Positions 28,650 to 39,126 of a stretch of 64,000 bases of DNA are shown here, in pieces. The notes under the pieces are model-generated. The model was not told the DNA's origin. It made no database searches and worked only from the letters and a program-made list of their open reading frames with translations. Position 1 is the stretch's first letter. The number at the start of each line of letters is the position of its first letter. The translations under genes and the position numbers were made by a program. The stretch is from an uncultured archaeon. GTDB lineage: Archaea; Thermoplasmatota; Thermoplasmata; Thermoplasmatales; Thermoplasmataceae. The stretch covers positions 768,001 to 832,000 of the forward strand of contig CP009479.1 of the NCBI GenBank assembly GCA_000965745.1. Direction: 5' to 3'.

Positions 28650-29006
28650 TCACAGGAGCTTGAAGTTGCTTGTTATCGGATCTATAACGTCTTCCTCTGC
28701 AGGACCCAGGCCGAGGCATGTTACAGTACCGGGCGCAATCTGCGTGAGTCCGGCATCGGTTATCAGGGAGGTCACCACTCCGGCTCTTTCAGCCATATCC
28801 TTCAGCCTGTAGATGGTCTCAAGATTCTCGATCTTGACAACTATCTTCTTCTGCCCGGTTCTTATCCATTCCTTGAAAACCTTCTTGTCATCCTTCTCGG
28901 ACTTCAGGGCACACGAGACTGCAGCGTGGGCAACCTGGGCTGCCATCTTTCCCTTGCCCAGATCCACGTCTTTCCTGACTGCTATGATCATCTTTACTTC
29001 TACCAT
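28650..29006 (-). CDS. pth2: Peptidyl-tRNA hydrolase Pth2
   Basis: GKGKMAAQVAHA, GQKKIV, DAGLTQIAPGT, GLGP. Confidence 0.96.
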   Translation of the reverse strand: MVEVKMIIAVRKDVDLGKGKMAAQVAHAAVSCALKSEKDDKKVFKEWIRTGQKKIVVKIENLETIYRLKDMAERAGVVTSLITDAGLTQIAPGTVTCLGLGPAEEDVIDPITSNFKLL

Positions 29007-29563
29007 GGAACATCCTTCTTGTTAAGCTTGTACCCAATCACATTTATGGCCCTGTGGAGCGGGGGCGTTATGAAAAGTATAGCAAGCGCCCCTACTATGT
29101 TTCCGTAGTAATTCATGAAGAATTCCGTGGCAAATATGTAGACAAGCAGAAACGAAACCAGTGCAAATGGCCATTGGTCAAGTAGGAATCCCTTATCCCC
29201 GCTCTTAAGCCCCAGCCTTCTCTTGACGAAAGAACCTGCCATGTCCCCCAGCAGGGACCCGAAAGACATCGGTATCACTACAACCAGTGTTGCAGCCACT
29301 GAAGGCCCAAACGTCCCAAAATAGCCCAGAGGCGGTATACTCGTTATGAAGAACAGGATTACCCCAACTGCAACGCCTATGAGTGAACCACCGAAAAAAC
29401 CGCTCCAGGTTTTCCCGTCTCCGAAAATTCTCCTCCCGTCTATGAAATTTCTTCCAAAATCCACTTTTCCGTACCCACCGGTCACGACTGCACCAGGGTT
29501 TGCGGTGAAAGCAGGCAGGAACAGAATGAACGCATCAATGATGTCTTTGGCAAGATTAAGCAT
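29000..29563 (-). CDS. carS: CDP-archaeol synthase
   Basis: PAFTAN, DFGRNFIDGRRIFGDGKTW, GDMAGSFVKRRLG, LDQ, ITPPLH, KKDVPW. Confidence 0.93.
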   Translation of the reverse strand: MLNLAKDIIDAFILFLPAFTANPGAVVTGGYGKVDFGRNFIDGRRIFGDGKTWSGFFGGSLIGVAVGVILFFITSIPPLGYFGTFGPSVAATLVVVIPMSFGSLLGDMAGSFVKRRLGLKSGDKGFLLDQWPFALVSFLLVYIFATEFFMNYYGNIVGALAILFITPPLHRAINVIGYKLNKKDVPW

Positions 29564-30134
29564 ATTCTTCTACGGCCTTGAGTATGTCAGCCTTAGTTAT
29601 TATTCCTTTCAGGTCTCCGCTTTCGACAATCAAAACCGCATTGGAAAACTTCAGTATCGGATAAATCATTGAAATCGGGCTGGTCTTGTCAACCTGTGGA
29701 AGAGTTGGGCCCATGACCTTCTTGACGGTGAATCCCCTTAGGGAATCTATCGATGCCCCTTTTATGAGGAGCTCGTTGACATCGGTTTCCGTGATTGTCC
29801 CGAGAACCTTCTTTTCAGGGGTTACAACAGGAAGCTGCGAGTATCCCTTCTCTCTCATGAGATTCAGGGCAGAGATAACGGAATCGGTGGGGGAACAGGT
29901 CACGACCTTGATACTCATAATGCTCTCACAGGTCAGATCTATGTTCCCCGCCCTCTGGCCGGATTTATTTAGGTATTCAAAAATTCTCCTGACTTTGTCA
30001 TAGGTTGGGTTCAGGCTCCCTTTCTCGAGCCTTGCGATATAAGACTGGCTGACCCCGCTTATGTTAGCCAGCTCTTTCTGGCTTATCCCGAGGTTCTTCC
30101 TCATTTTTCTCAGCTCTTCTATGGACGGCAGCAT
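29556..30134 (-). CDS. HTH (XRE) + CBS-domain transcriptional regulator
   Basis: RKNLGISQKELANISGVSQSYIARLEKG followed by two CBS repeats (YSQLPVV, GIITKAD). Confidence 0.9.
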   Translation of the reverse strand: MLPSIEELRKMRKNLGISQKELANISGVSQSYIARLEKGSLNPTYDKVRRIFEYLNKSGQRAGNIDLTCESIMSIKVVTCSPTDSVISALNLMREKGYSQLPVVTPEKKVLGTITETDVNELLIKGASIDSLRGFTVKKVMGPTLPQVDKTSPISMIYPILKFSNAVLIVESGDLKGIITKADILKAVEEYA

Positions 30135-30264
30135 AATTCTTTAGTGATAATCATTTCCGATATTAATTATTGTTGCTCATCGATTTGCATAATTTTAGCA
30201 CTTTCAGTAATAGGCATTACATTCCAAGGCAAAAGAGATTAACCAACAAACACTATGGGCATGA

Positions 30265-31050
30265 ATGAACGGGCGTTCCGAAAGCTCTGTCAGGAAGTTC
30301 CTGATTGATCACAATTCAATATTCGTCCTTGTAATATCAATACTCATAGGAGTGCTGATAACATACCTTGCCTATGATATTCTCCAGACTCTCGACATAA
30401 TATTCCTGCTTCCAATCGTGTCATTTGCGGTTATGCACTTCCTGAAACTGAAGGGCATAAAGCAGAGGCTTCTCGCAGGGCTGATCATATTTCTTGTTGT
30501 AGGGATCGTTTCAGCGGGGCTGACTTCTGCCACGTACTACAAGGAAGACCACCCAATATCGTACAGCCTTTCGAATGGTGCACAGGCAACCCTTAAGGTG
30601 AGCCCGTTCGGAGGAAACAACCAGAATTATAACTTCTCACTCTATCTGACCGACTGGCCCTCCAGCTCCGCTTTCTCCACCTCGCTTAACGTATCTGCAA
30701 GCCCTACCTCATCAGTCCTCTACAACTTTGACAAACTGAGCTATGTTCCAATGGGGAACGGTACGATTCTAGTCTACAAGAACATAAATGACCTCTCTCA
30801 GGGGATCTACAGTTTCAACTTCAATATTGCAAACGGGACTTCTTCGCCGATCATAGTCGGATCTACAGGTCCAGTCAATGCTGGCTCATCATCGCTCTTT
30901 GCCTTCATTCTTCCGGGATTTGTGATCCTGTACCTGATCCCGATGGAAATAATTCTTCTGGCAATAGTGTTCCTCGCGAGAAGTTTTGACAGAACAAGAT
31001 CCTTCCGGAGACCCCCTCCACCGGAACATGGTGACTCTAAACAGCAATAG
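30265..31050 (+). CDS. Membrane protein with Asn/Ser-rich extracellular domain
   Basis: Three N-terminal TMs, a beta-rich region with N-x-S/T sequons (NFS, NVS, NGT), and a C-terminal TM. Confidence 0.7.
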   Translation: MNGRSESSVRKFLIDHNSIFVLVISILIGVLITYLAYDILQTLDIIFLLPIVSFAVMHFLKLKGIKQRLLAGLIIFLVVGIVSAGLTSATYYKEDHPISYSLSNGAQATLKVSPFGGNNQNYNFSLYLTDWPSSSAFSTSLNVSASPTSSVLYNFDKLSYVPMGNGTILVYKNINDLSQGIYSFNFNIANGTSSPIIVGSTGPVNAGSSSLFAFILPGFVILYLIPMEIILLAIVFLARSFDRTRSFRRPPPPEHGDSKQQ

Positions 31051-31094
31051 CGCCTTGAATATAAATATATAGATGTTTTCGATTTCTATATATC

Positions 31095-32072
31095 ATGGCC
31101 ACCATAAGAAAGATCCAGTTAACCGGAGGTTCCACGTATATCGTTTCTCTCCCTTCCAAATGGATAAAGAGGAACAAGCTCTCCAAAGGGAGTGAGGTCG
31201 AACTCGATGAAATCAACGGAGATTTGCTGATCTCAGGAATGAATTCTTCAAAGAAAACTGAAATAATACGTACAGTGAACCTTACGGAAAAAGTTGACAA
31301 GGGAAACCTGATCAGAGTCCTCACGTCGATATACATAGCCAATTTCGACACTCTGGTGATCAAGAGCAAGGAATACATAAGCCCGAAAATACGGGAGGAG
31401 ATCAAGAAATTCTCCAAGGTTGTCATGGGAGTGGAGATCTTTGAAGAATCGTCCCGGTCAATGGTTCTCCAGAACGTTCTCAACTCTGAATCCTTCCCCA
31501 TCTCAAACGCGGTGAGGAGGATGTCCCTGAATGTTGAAACAATGCTGGAAGATACAATCAACGGGATTGCCAACAACGACATTGAACTCCTCGACAGTGT
31601 TATCCACAGGGACGATGATGTTGACAGGTACCAGTGGTACATATACAGGGAAGCCAGGGTAAGAAGCAGCCAAGCGGAGAAGAACGTATATTACCTGATT
31701 CTTTCACGGATACTTGAGAGGATAGCAGATCACTCGTCAAACATCTGCGGCCTCTGGAAAGCCGTGAAGAAGCCTGAGGACATGCCAATCGAAATCCTGG
31801 AAGAGAATCTCTCGCATTCAATGGAAATGTACAAATCAGCAGTGGAGGCTTTCTATTCCAACAATTTCGGAATATTGAACAGCCTGATAGACATGAAAGC
31901 TGAAGTAATATCAAGGAAGCAGAAGCTTATAGGGGAATCACGAGGAAAGGCAGGGATTTCGACAATCTCATCTATGTCAGAGGAGTCATCAAGAATCGGC
32001 CTGTATTCCACCGATATTGCAGAACTGGCCATGGACAACATACTGTCGAACCAGTTCGAGGTGGACGTCTAA
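31095..32072 (+). CDS. AbrB-PhoU phosphate uptake regulator
   Basis: RKIQLTGGSTYIVSLPSKW (AbrB) and DDDVDR...ILERIADH (PhoU). Confidence 0.9.
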   Translation: MATIRKIQLTGGSTYIVSLPSKWIKRNKLSKGSEVELDEINGDLLISGMNSSKKTEIIRTVNLTEKVDKGNLIRVLTSIYIANFDTLVIKSKEYISPKIREEIKKFSKVVMGVEIFEESSRSMVLQNVLNSESFPISNAVRRMSLNVETMLEDTINGIANNDIELLDSVIHRDDDVDRYQWYIYREARVRSSQAEKNVYYLILSRILERIADHSSNICGLWKAVKKPEDMPIEILEENLSHSMEMYKSAVEAFYSNNFGILNSLIDMKAEVISRKQKLIGESRGKAGISTISSMSEESSRIGLYSTDIAELAMDNILSNQFEVDV

Positions 32073-32890
32073 AGCTCCACTGGCTCAATCTCTATATTGT
32101 TAACATCACCCTTCAGATATGCCGTCTTTACCTGTGAGTCATGATTGAATACACAGACGTACTGCTTTTCAATGGCCAGCTTGAACAGGCTCTTCTTCAT
32201 TTCAAGGGTGTCAAGGGGAAACGTGTCAATTGCTGTTATGTATGGCAGTTTAAGGTTGAAGGTGCTTGGGACGATATCGCCAAAATAAATCAGGCCTTTT
32301 CCGCCATTTTCATAGATTATAGCCTGGTGGCCGGAAGTATGCCCGCCAGTCTTGACAACCCTGAGGCCATCTCTTATTCTAACTGATCCCGATATTTCCG
32401 ACATGTTGAATCTTCCATCGAGGCTGACGTTGCTCAGGTAGCTTCCGCGAGTTACTTCGTTAGTATTCCTGAAGTTATGGTACTCATCCTTCTGGGCCAC
32501 TCTAACGGCGTTCGGGAACGATACTCTCCCGTCGGCGGTTTCAAAGGAGTGCCCCATATGGTCAAAGTGAAGGTGCGAATGGACGATATAGTCAACATTT
32601 TCCTGGCCTATGCTGTTTTCCACCTGCCTCATCAGATCCGTTTCCTTTTCGATCTCGTAAATCTTTTTCATGCGTTCATCAGGCCTGGAGCCGACTCCTG
32701 TATCTATGAGTGCAGACCATCCATGAGCTTTTATGAGTGGTATGTTAAGTGCCATCCTGACCCTGTTGTTCTCATTCTCTTTAACAACTCTGGACCATAT
32801 CTTCCTGGGGACAACACCGAAACACGCACCCACTTCAAGCGTGAACGAGCCGTCGGCAAGAAGCTCAATTTCAGTACTTCCAAATTTCAT
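32069..32890 (-). CDS. MBL-fold metallo-hydrolase (YtnP-like)
   Basis: FGVVPR..W, LIDTG, SHLHFDHMG, TGGHTSGHQ, GD, HD. Confidence 0.88.
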   Translation of the reverse strand: MKFGSTEIELLADGSFTLEVGACFGVVPRKIWSRVVKENENNRVRMALNIPLIKAHGWSALIDTGVGSRPDERMKKIYEIEKETDLMRQVENSIGQENVDYIVHSHLHFDHMGHSFETADGRVSFPNAVRVAQKDEYHNFRNTNEVTRGSYLSNVSLDGRFNMSEISGSVRIRDGLRVVKTGGHTSGHQAIIYENGGKGLIYFGDIVPSTFNLKLPYITAIDTFPLDTLEMKKSLFKLAIEKQYVCVFNHDSQVKTAYLKGDVNNIEIEPVEL

Positions 32891-32906
32891 TCAAGTTTCA
32901 CCATAC

Positions 32907-34787
32907 TCAAGCTGAAAGTTTCAGCCCTATCTCCCTGATATGCTCAAGGGCACCTGCATCCTCAATCGTACTAGTGTCTCCAGGGTCAAGGTTGAGAAAA
33001 ACATTTCTTATGACCCGTCTGAGAATCTTGCCGTTTTTAGTCTTCGGAAGGGAATCAAGGTATACTATGTATTTAGGTGAGAACGACTTTCCAAGGTCCG
33101 ATTTTATCTGGTCCCTCACTTTCTTTTGCACATCATCTGATGATTTACCCGTGTAGAATATCACAACTGCTTCACCTTTCAGCTTGTCGGGAACACCTGC
33201 TGCTGCACATTCTGTTACTTCCCTGACTTTCAGGGCTGAATCCTCAATCTCATTTGGCCCCACTCTCTTTCCTGCAACTTTTATCACTTCATCCGCACGT
33301 CCGTAAAGGAAGAAGTAGCCTTCCCGGTCCATCTCTGCCCAGTCACCCTGGAACCATGCATCCTCATATTTTCCCCAGTATGTTTCAAGATATCTCTCCT
33401 TCTGCTTCCATATGCCCCTTGTCATTGAGGGGCAGTGTTTTCTAGCAACAAGATACCCAACACTTCCGTAAACATCGTTTCCGTCCTCGTCGTACACTGA
33501 TACATTCATTCCCAGGCCTCTGTAGAGGCATCTTGGCTTGAGTGGGATTGCAGCGGTCGAAGCCAGGAAACAGCCAATTATGTCAGTCCCGCCGGATATG
33601 TTGGCTATAGGGGTACTCCCCCTTCCAATCTTCTCGAAGAGCCACAGCCAACTTTCCTCATCCCATGGCTCGCCAGTGGAGGCGAAAAGCCTGACACCAT
33701 CCATCGGCCTGTCGATTCCGTTGAATTTGGCGAGCCTTACAAAGGTTGGAGAGAGGCCAAGGAGCGTAATTCCGTTGTCTGCAACAATATCCCATACCCT
33801 GTCCTCATCAGGGTAATTGGCGGCCCCGTCATACACAAACACAGTAGCCCCGAGGGCATGCGTCCCGATTATTGACCATGGCCCCATCATCCAGCCCAGG
33901 TCTGTAATCCAGTAAAGCGTATCTCCAGGCTTCACGTCCATGTAATACTTCACCTCTTTTGCTGTGTTTACAAGGGCTCCCCCGTGAACGTGAACCGTTC
34001 CTTTGGGCTTTCCCGTGGTGCCGGAAGTATAAAGCATTATTGCAGGGTCCTCTGATCCGGTGTACTCACTTTTCGCATATTCTCCGTTTTCGACAAGAGC
34101 ATAGAAATCATGCTCGTTATCTCGCAGCTCACTGCTGTTGTGTACTATAAGCGTAACGTCATTGATGGTTCTTGCAGTCTCGATCATGCGAACTGGCCTC
34201 CCTTTCCTGCTGTAGGATTCCGTTATGAAGAGTGTCTTTATGCCTCCGTCCCTGACCCTGCTTCTTACGGCTTCTGCGCCGTATCCGGAAAACATGGGTA
34301 CAGCCACGGCCCCGATTCGCATTATGGAATAGAAGGCTAGGACGCACTCAGGGTTAAGCGGCATGTAGATCCCTACACGGTCCCCTTTGCCGACTCCGAT
34401 TTCTTTCAATGATCCTGCAAGCTTTCCGGTCATCCTGTCCATTTCGCGATAGCTTATGGAGGATTTTTTGCCACTTTCAGACTCATATTTTATTGCGGGC
34501 TTGTCAAGGTCTGAAAACCGTTCAACGCAGTTGTAGGTTATATTTATCTTTCCACCGGTGAACCACCTGGTGAACTGCACCCCCTCACTGGAGTCCATGA
34601 CTTTCTCATAGTCTTTGAAGAAATCAAGCCCACAGTCCTCAATCACAGAAGGCCAGAACCACTCAGGCTCATCGTCCGCCTTCCTGTAAAGCTCCTTGAG
34701 ATCTCTTACTCCGTGTTTCAAGGCGAACTGCATGATGTTTGTTTCTCTTACCTGATCGGGTGAGGGTGTGTAGACATAATCTTCCAT
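32907..34787 (-). CDS. Acetyl/acyl-CoA synthetase (AMP-forming)
   Basis: Intact YTSGTTGKPKG, DLGWMMG, TGEPW, SGGTD, GRADEVIKVAGKRVGP, LPKTKNGKILRR. Confidence 0.92.
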   Translation of the reverse strand: MEDYVYTPSPDQVRETNIMQFALKHGVRDLKELYRKADDEPEWFWPSVIEDCGLDFFKDYEKVMDSSEGVQFTRWFTGGKINITYNCVERFSDLDKPAIKYESESGKKSSISYREMDRMTGKLAGSLKEIGVGKGDRVGIYMPLNPECVLAFYSIMRIGAVAVPMFSGYGAEAVRSRVRDGGIKTLFITESYSRKGRPVRMIETARTINDVTLIVHNSSELRDNEHDFYALVENGEYAKSEYTGSEDPAIMLYTSGTTGKPKGTVHVHGGALVNTAKEVKYYMDVKPGDTLYWITDLGWMMGPWSIIGTHALGATVFVYDGAANYPDEDRVWDIVADNGITLLGLSPTFVRLAKFNGIDRPMDGVRLFASTGEPWDEESWLWLFEKIGRGSTPIANISGGTDIIGCFLASTAAIPLKPRCLYRGLGMNVSVYDEDGNDVYGSVGYLVARKHCPSMTRGIWKQKERYLETYWGKYEDAWFQGDWAEMDREGYFFLYGRADEVIKVAGKRVGPNEIEDSALKVREVTECAAAGVPDKLKGEAVVIFYTGKSSDDVQKKVRDQIKSDLGKSFSPKYIVYLDSLPKTKNGKILRRVIRNVFLNLDPGDTSTIEDAGALEHIREIGLKLSA

Positions 34788-34940
34788 ATGAATGGAGAAC
34801 GGAAAAAGGAATCATATACCTTTTGCATCAGCCTAATGGCATAAGGTCTGCTGAAAGGAGAAGCTGCACGGAATCAGGATTCCCACCATCTCCGGGACAA
34901 ATAATTTTATTACCTGTATTTCGGCTAACCGAAGAGTATC

Positions 34941-37900
34941 ATGAATGGAAGGAAGGTTCTCATACTCATTTCCACCGTGGTTGTCCTCATGACTGTGGCG
35001 CAGTCTTTTGCTGTCATAGATCACCACACTGCAACCCCTAATGTCGTGGCATCTCCTTCTTACAACGGAGGAAATTCATCGAATTCATTTTACGGCTCTG
35101 CAGTATCAAATAACAGCATAACCACCAGGGGCGGGTACGGCGGCTTTTATCTGTCAAACGGATCAAAGGTTCCGTCTAAGTACATCTACCTCCCTAACAT
35201 GCACCCATCACTGGAAAACAAGAACGGTGCGTTAATCCCGTCTTACAGCTCTTCCCCCGCACCAATGGGCATAGGGGATTACGGAGTGTACAACAATTCA
35301 AGTAAACTGGTAAGCTACAGCTATTATACCAGCAGTTTTGAAGGCTCCATCTCTGTCACTAACATGACACCGCTATACGTTCTCAACGATGCGCCACAGA
35401 GCCTTGGGATCCAGTTGAATGCAATCCTGAACAATGTAACTGTAGGTTCGGCCTCAAACAACGCATACTGGACGCAGAATGTGATGCTCTACTCTGCAAG
35501 GACGCACCAGATACAGTTCATTGACAACATATGGAATTTCTCCAGCCCGGGCGCCGGCATGACCAATTCTACACTCTCTGGCCATGGAAGCAGGGGGACA
35601 CTGGTACCAAACTCATTGTATTATGCCATTGGTCCGGCGATCAATGTCACGTACCCTTTCAAGGTGAACCTTTACCTCAATTCCACACTATCAGGCGGCT
35701 CTGATGAAATATTCTTCAATTATTCTGTATCTTCACAGGCACAGGGCGGAAAGACTGTAACAGGTTCTTATGACAACGCCACATTCAACTCAACCACCAG
35801 TGCGGCAAATCCTGCTTATTACTATATCAGCGGAAACCAGTACGCACCTATCGGAGGCATCCCATACGACGCTGAGTTTGTCATAGGCGGCCCTGGAGGA
35901 GGAAGCACAACCTCTCTCTACGGGATGAATGCCACAATGGGCCTCAGATACCTTTCCCAATCTACCGGTTCATACCAGAACGTCAAATCAGCATATGATG
36001 CAGGCTCATCCACAGGGGAAACGTCCAACGGCATAGCAGTATCATGGAACAGCAAGGACCAGGCAGTCCTGACTCCGGGACCGTCTATAGTTTATGGAAT
36101 GTGGGGGATATCAAACTCCAAGATGAACAGGTTCTCTGGAAAGATCAGCCCGTCTGAATCATTCCTGTTCGTAAGCAACAGCTTGAGCTTCAACAACACC
36201 ACTTCTTCATGGGCTCCTTTGGCAAGGAACGGTTCATACTCATTTTCCCTGCCTGTAGGGCCATATTCTGCCGGAGTCTTTTCAAACTGGAACAACCCGG
36301 TCTATGAATCTCTCTCAAATATTGCGGGTCAAACTGTCACTTTGCATTCCAATTCATCAATGGGGGTATACGCTCCAATATACATTTTCGGGAATAGGCA
36401 GTTATCTGATGTTTCAAGTGCCGGATCCGGCACCGCAGGCAGCCCGTACATTGTCACAGGCAGCCAGAACGGTTCCATGATGCCGGTATTCGGCAAATTC
36501 AATGACTATGCGTTTCCTGTGTTTTCCGGGCTGCTTGTGTCCGGAACCAGTGCACATGCATATTTCAGCAGCCTCCCCTCCTTCTATATTTATTATTCCC
36601 AGGACTTGCAGGCGTTTCTGAATTATTACGGCCTCCCATCCGTAAACTATCTCAACATGGAGTTCTATAACGACAGCAATGTTGCCATACTGAACAGCAG
36701 TTTCATCTCCGGATGGTTCTCGACCAATCTCGCGGGATTCTTCCCGGCAGCCAACCTGCTCCTCTGGAACGTTACAAACTCAATCATAGCTTCGAATTAC
36801 TTCTCCTCAATGGATTCCTCTCTCCTCATTTACAACCATAACAGCACAAATTCCAACGTTACTGTCTGGGGCAATTATTTCAAGCAGGACAGTCTAGCCA
36901 GTTCTTCCTTATATTATAGCATAAACGTCATGGGCGCACCTTCCGGCCTTGCACTGTTCTCCTCGGGGGATCTTGTATACAACAACGTATTCGACGTGTA
37001 TTTCACCGCCATCAGCCCCGGAATAAGCATATATTCAGGATCCAGCGTTAATTACACGGATATGTGGAATATTTCAAGAGAGCCGACCACCTATTACAGG
37101 GAAGTTCTTGGGCTGAACCTCACCGGGGGAATTATGTCGTCCGGACCGAACGGGATTGAATACCAGGCAGGGAACTACTGGTGGAATTATATCGGAAATG
37201 GCTCTATAGTGTACAACAACAGCGGTCTGATTCACAAGGGCGGGGACATGCAACCGCTCATTTATCATGTGTACAGAATAACATTCAGTGAGACTGGCCT
37301 GCCCTCAGGAATGAGCTGGCTTCTTTACATTGGAACCAGCCCGGTTGTTATTCGCGGAAATGGAAGCTCAATCAGTTTCTATGAACCCAATGGGACATAC
37401 TTCATCCAGATATATGCAAATGGTTACCTCGCAAACCAGTCCTCAGGCTTCGTGATAGTTTCCGGGAAGGGCCAGTCTTTCAATCTGGTGTTCAGGCAGC
37501 TGTTCCTCCTCACGTTCATTGAAACCGGCCTTTCGCAGGAGGGAACTGCGTGGTCTATTACAGTCAACGGTGTAACAGGATATTCCACCACCAATACCGT
37601 CGAATATCTCGCCACAAACGGTTCGTATCGTTATAATGTCAGCAGTGTGGGCAGTTATTATCCCGAACAGGTCTCAGGAACCTTCACCATATACGGCGCA
37701 AACACTACTGTCAACGTCAGGTACCTTCCCTTCACATATCCGGTAACGTTCCGTGAGACGGGCCTTGCAGCAGGAACCGAATGGGGGATTTTCTCCGACG
37801 GGCAGAAGTCCATCGTCAGATCCCAGTCAATATCCCTGAACCTTCCAAATGGAACATACAGCTATTCCGTCATAGGGGCCAAGGGGTACCTGCCGGACAA

Positions 37901-38291
37901 CCCTTACGGCACGGTTCAGGTGGACAATGGCAGCAGCATGGTTTCCCTGATATTCAGGTCGGCCAACTACACTCTTACATTCACACAGAGTGGCCTTCCA
38001 TCAGGTGCGGCATGGTCAGTGACTGTGGGCGGAACAAAACTAACTTCCACAAACAGGTCTGCATCCATCCAGGAATCCACGGGGATCTACAACTACAGCA
38101 TAACTGGGCCTTCCGGTTATGTAGCTTCTCAGGGGGCAGGCTCGGTTGACGTGAACGCAAACATAAGCGTTCCGGTGAATTTCAAGAGTGCAGGCCCAAT
38201 AAGCCTGCTCCATGTATTTGATTACGCCCTCTTCGGAGTTTCCATTGCTGTGCTGGCCTATGCAGTATACACGGTAAGGAAGAGAAGTTGA
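34941..38291 (+). CDS. Thermopsin (peptidase A5) family surface protein with Ig-like repeats and C-terminal anchor
   Basis: Signal peptide; PAPMGIGDYG, QLNAIL, YWTQN, DAEFVIGGPGGG, TGETS; four TF.[EQ][TS]GL...W repeats; terminal TM. Confidence 0.9.
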   Translation: MNGRKVLILISTVVVLMTVAQSFAVIDHHTATPNVVASPSYNGGNSSNSFYGSAVSNNSITTRGGYGGFYLSNGSKVPSKYIYLPNMHPSLENKNGALIPSYSSSPAPMGIGDYGVYNNSSKLVSYSYYTSSFEGSISVTNMTPLYVLNDAPQSLGIQLNAILNNVTVGSASNNAYWTQNVMLYSARTHQIQFIDNIWNFSSPGAGMTNSTLSGHGSRGTLVPNSLYYAIGPAINVTYPFKVNLYLNSTLSGGSDEIFFNYSVSSQAQGGKTVTGSYDNATFNSTTSAANPAYYYISGNQYAPIGGIPYDAEFVIGGPGGGSTTSLYGMNATMGLRYLSQSTGSYQNVKSAYDAGSSTGETSNGIAVSWNSKDQAVLTPGPSIVYGMWGISNSKMNRFSGKISPSESFLFVSNSLSFNNTTSSWAPLARNGSYSFSLPVGPYSAGVFSNWNNPVYESLSNIAGQTVTLHSNSSMGVYAPIYIFGNRQLSDVSSAGSGTAGSPYIVTGSQNGSMMPVFGKFNDYAFPVFSGLLVSGTSAHAYFSSLPSFYIYYSQDLQAFLNYYGLPSVNYLNMEFYNDSNVAILNSSFISGWFSTNLAGFFPAANLLLWNVTNSIIASNYFSSMDSSLLIYNHNSTNSNVTVWGNYFKQDSLASSSLYYSINVMGAPSGLALFSSGDLVYNNVFDVYFTAISPGISIYSGSSVNYTDMWNISREPTTYYREVLGLNLTGGIMSSGPNGIEYQAGNYWWNYIGNGSIVYNNSGLIHKGGDMQPLIYHVYRITFSETGLPSGMSWLLYIGTSPVVIRGNGSSISFYEPNGTYFIQIYANGYLANQSSGFVIVSGKGQSFNLVFRQLFLLTFIETGLSQEGTAWSITVNGVTGYSTTNTVEYLATNGSYRYNVSSVGSYYPEQVSGTFTIYGANTTVNVRYLPFTYPVTFRETGLAAGTEWGIFSDGQKSIVRSQSISLNLPNGTYSYSVIGAKGYLPDNPYGTVQVDNGSSMVSLIFRSANYTLTFTQSGLPSGAAWSVTVGGTKLTSTNRSASIQESTGIYNYSITGPSGYVASQGAGSVDVNANISVPVNFKSAGPISLLHVFDYALFGVSIAVLAYAVYTVRKRS

Positions 38292-38380
38292 GTGTGGGGA
38301 ACCCGAACTCACTTTTTCAGGATGCAGCATGGAAACACGGGAAAATTAAATAACTAACAGCTTATGAAAGTTGGAGCAAC

Positions 38381-38896
38381 TTGAACGGAAGCATTTACGA
38401 AAGAGAACTTGCCGGTATCCTTTCAGGATCTCCAAAGGTGCTGGAAAAGCTAGCCAAGAAAGTTGATGCCCCCTCCAAGGCAGCTGTTGAAACTCTGCTG
38501 GAACGGCCATTTTATGTCACAAGGGCAGCGGGGTCGCTAGGTGCTGATATAATTGCCATCAGGCACGATTATTCAATGGTTATTGAGGTAAAATCCTCAA
38601 TTAATTCAACTATCACTTTCACAGAGGCTTCAGGAATGCGTCAGGAACAGGCTGAAAGGCTCCAGGAGAAGTGCCTGAAATCAGGCCTGTTCATCATATA
38701 CGCATTCAGGTTGAAAAACGCTCCCGGTGACCCATGGAGGATGTTTTCACTTCCGGGCGACCCCAAGGGAAGAATGAGGTTCCTTTACAACATACTTTCA
38801 GATATCGGGCTGTCCAGGAATGGGAACTACGTTCTCAAATGGGGAGACGGAACTCCTCTTTCAAAATTGGTTGATTATCTTAACCAGACAATCTAG
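38381..38896 (+). CDS. hjc: Holliday junction resolvase
   Basis: G..YERE, RAAGS..ADIIA, IEVKS (PD-(D/E)xK); TTG start after GGAG. Confidence 0.8.
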   Translation: MNGSIYERELAGILSGSPKVLEKLAKKVDAPSKAAVETLLERPFYVTRAAGSLGADIIAIRHDYSMVIEVKSSINSTITFTEASGMRQEQAERLQEKCLKSGLFIIYAFRLKNAPGDPWRMFSLPGDPKGRMRFLYNILSDIGLSRNGNYVLKWGDGTPLSKLVDYLNQTI

Positions 38897-39109
38897 GTTT
38901 TTTCGATCAATGGAATTGGCAATCTACAAGAAGGGGTAAATGTGGTGTTTCCCTCGCAGTTGCTTCCCAGGCAAGCATTTATCTGAGGATCAACCCCGTA
39001 GCGCACATGAGAAAATACGAGCTTCTTTCACTTCGGATGCTTCAGAACCGGTGTATCCACTATGGCAAAATGACCAAATTTAAAGCCACCGTCAGGACAA
39101 ACTGCGGAC

Positions 39110-39123
39110 AAAAAGAAAAAAAA
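39110..39123 (-). terminator. Oligo-T terminator of the aminotransferase gene
   Basis: A-run on + (T-run on -) immediately after the stop at 39127. Confidence 0.5.
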
Positions 39124-39126
39124 TGT

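Noticed and set aside
31037-31642. 201-aa antisense ORF and the many other antisense or alternate-frame ORFs in the track
   Set aside because: Shadows of well-supported genes with no recognisable motifs
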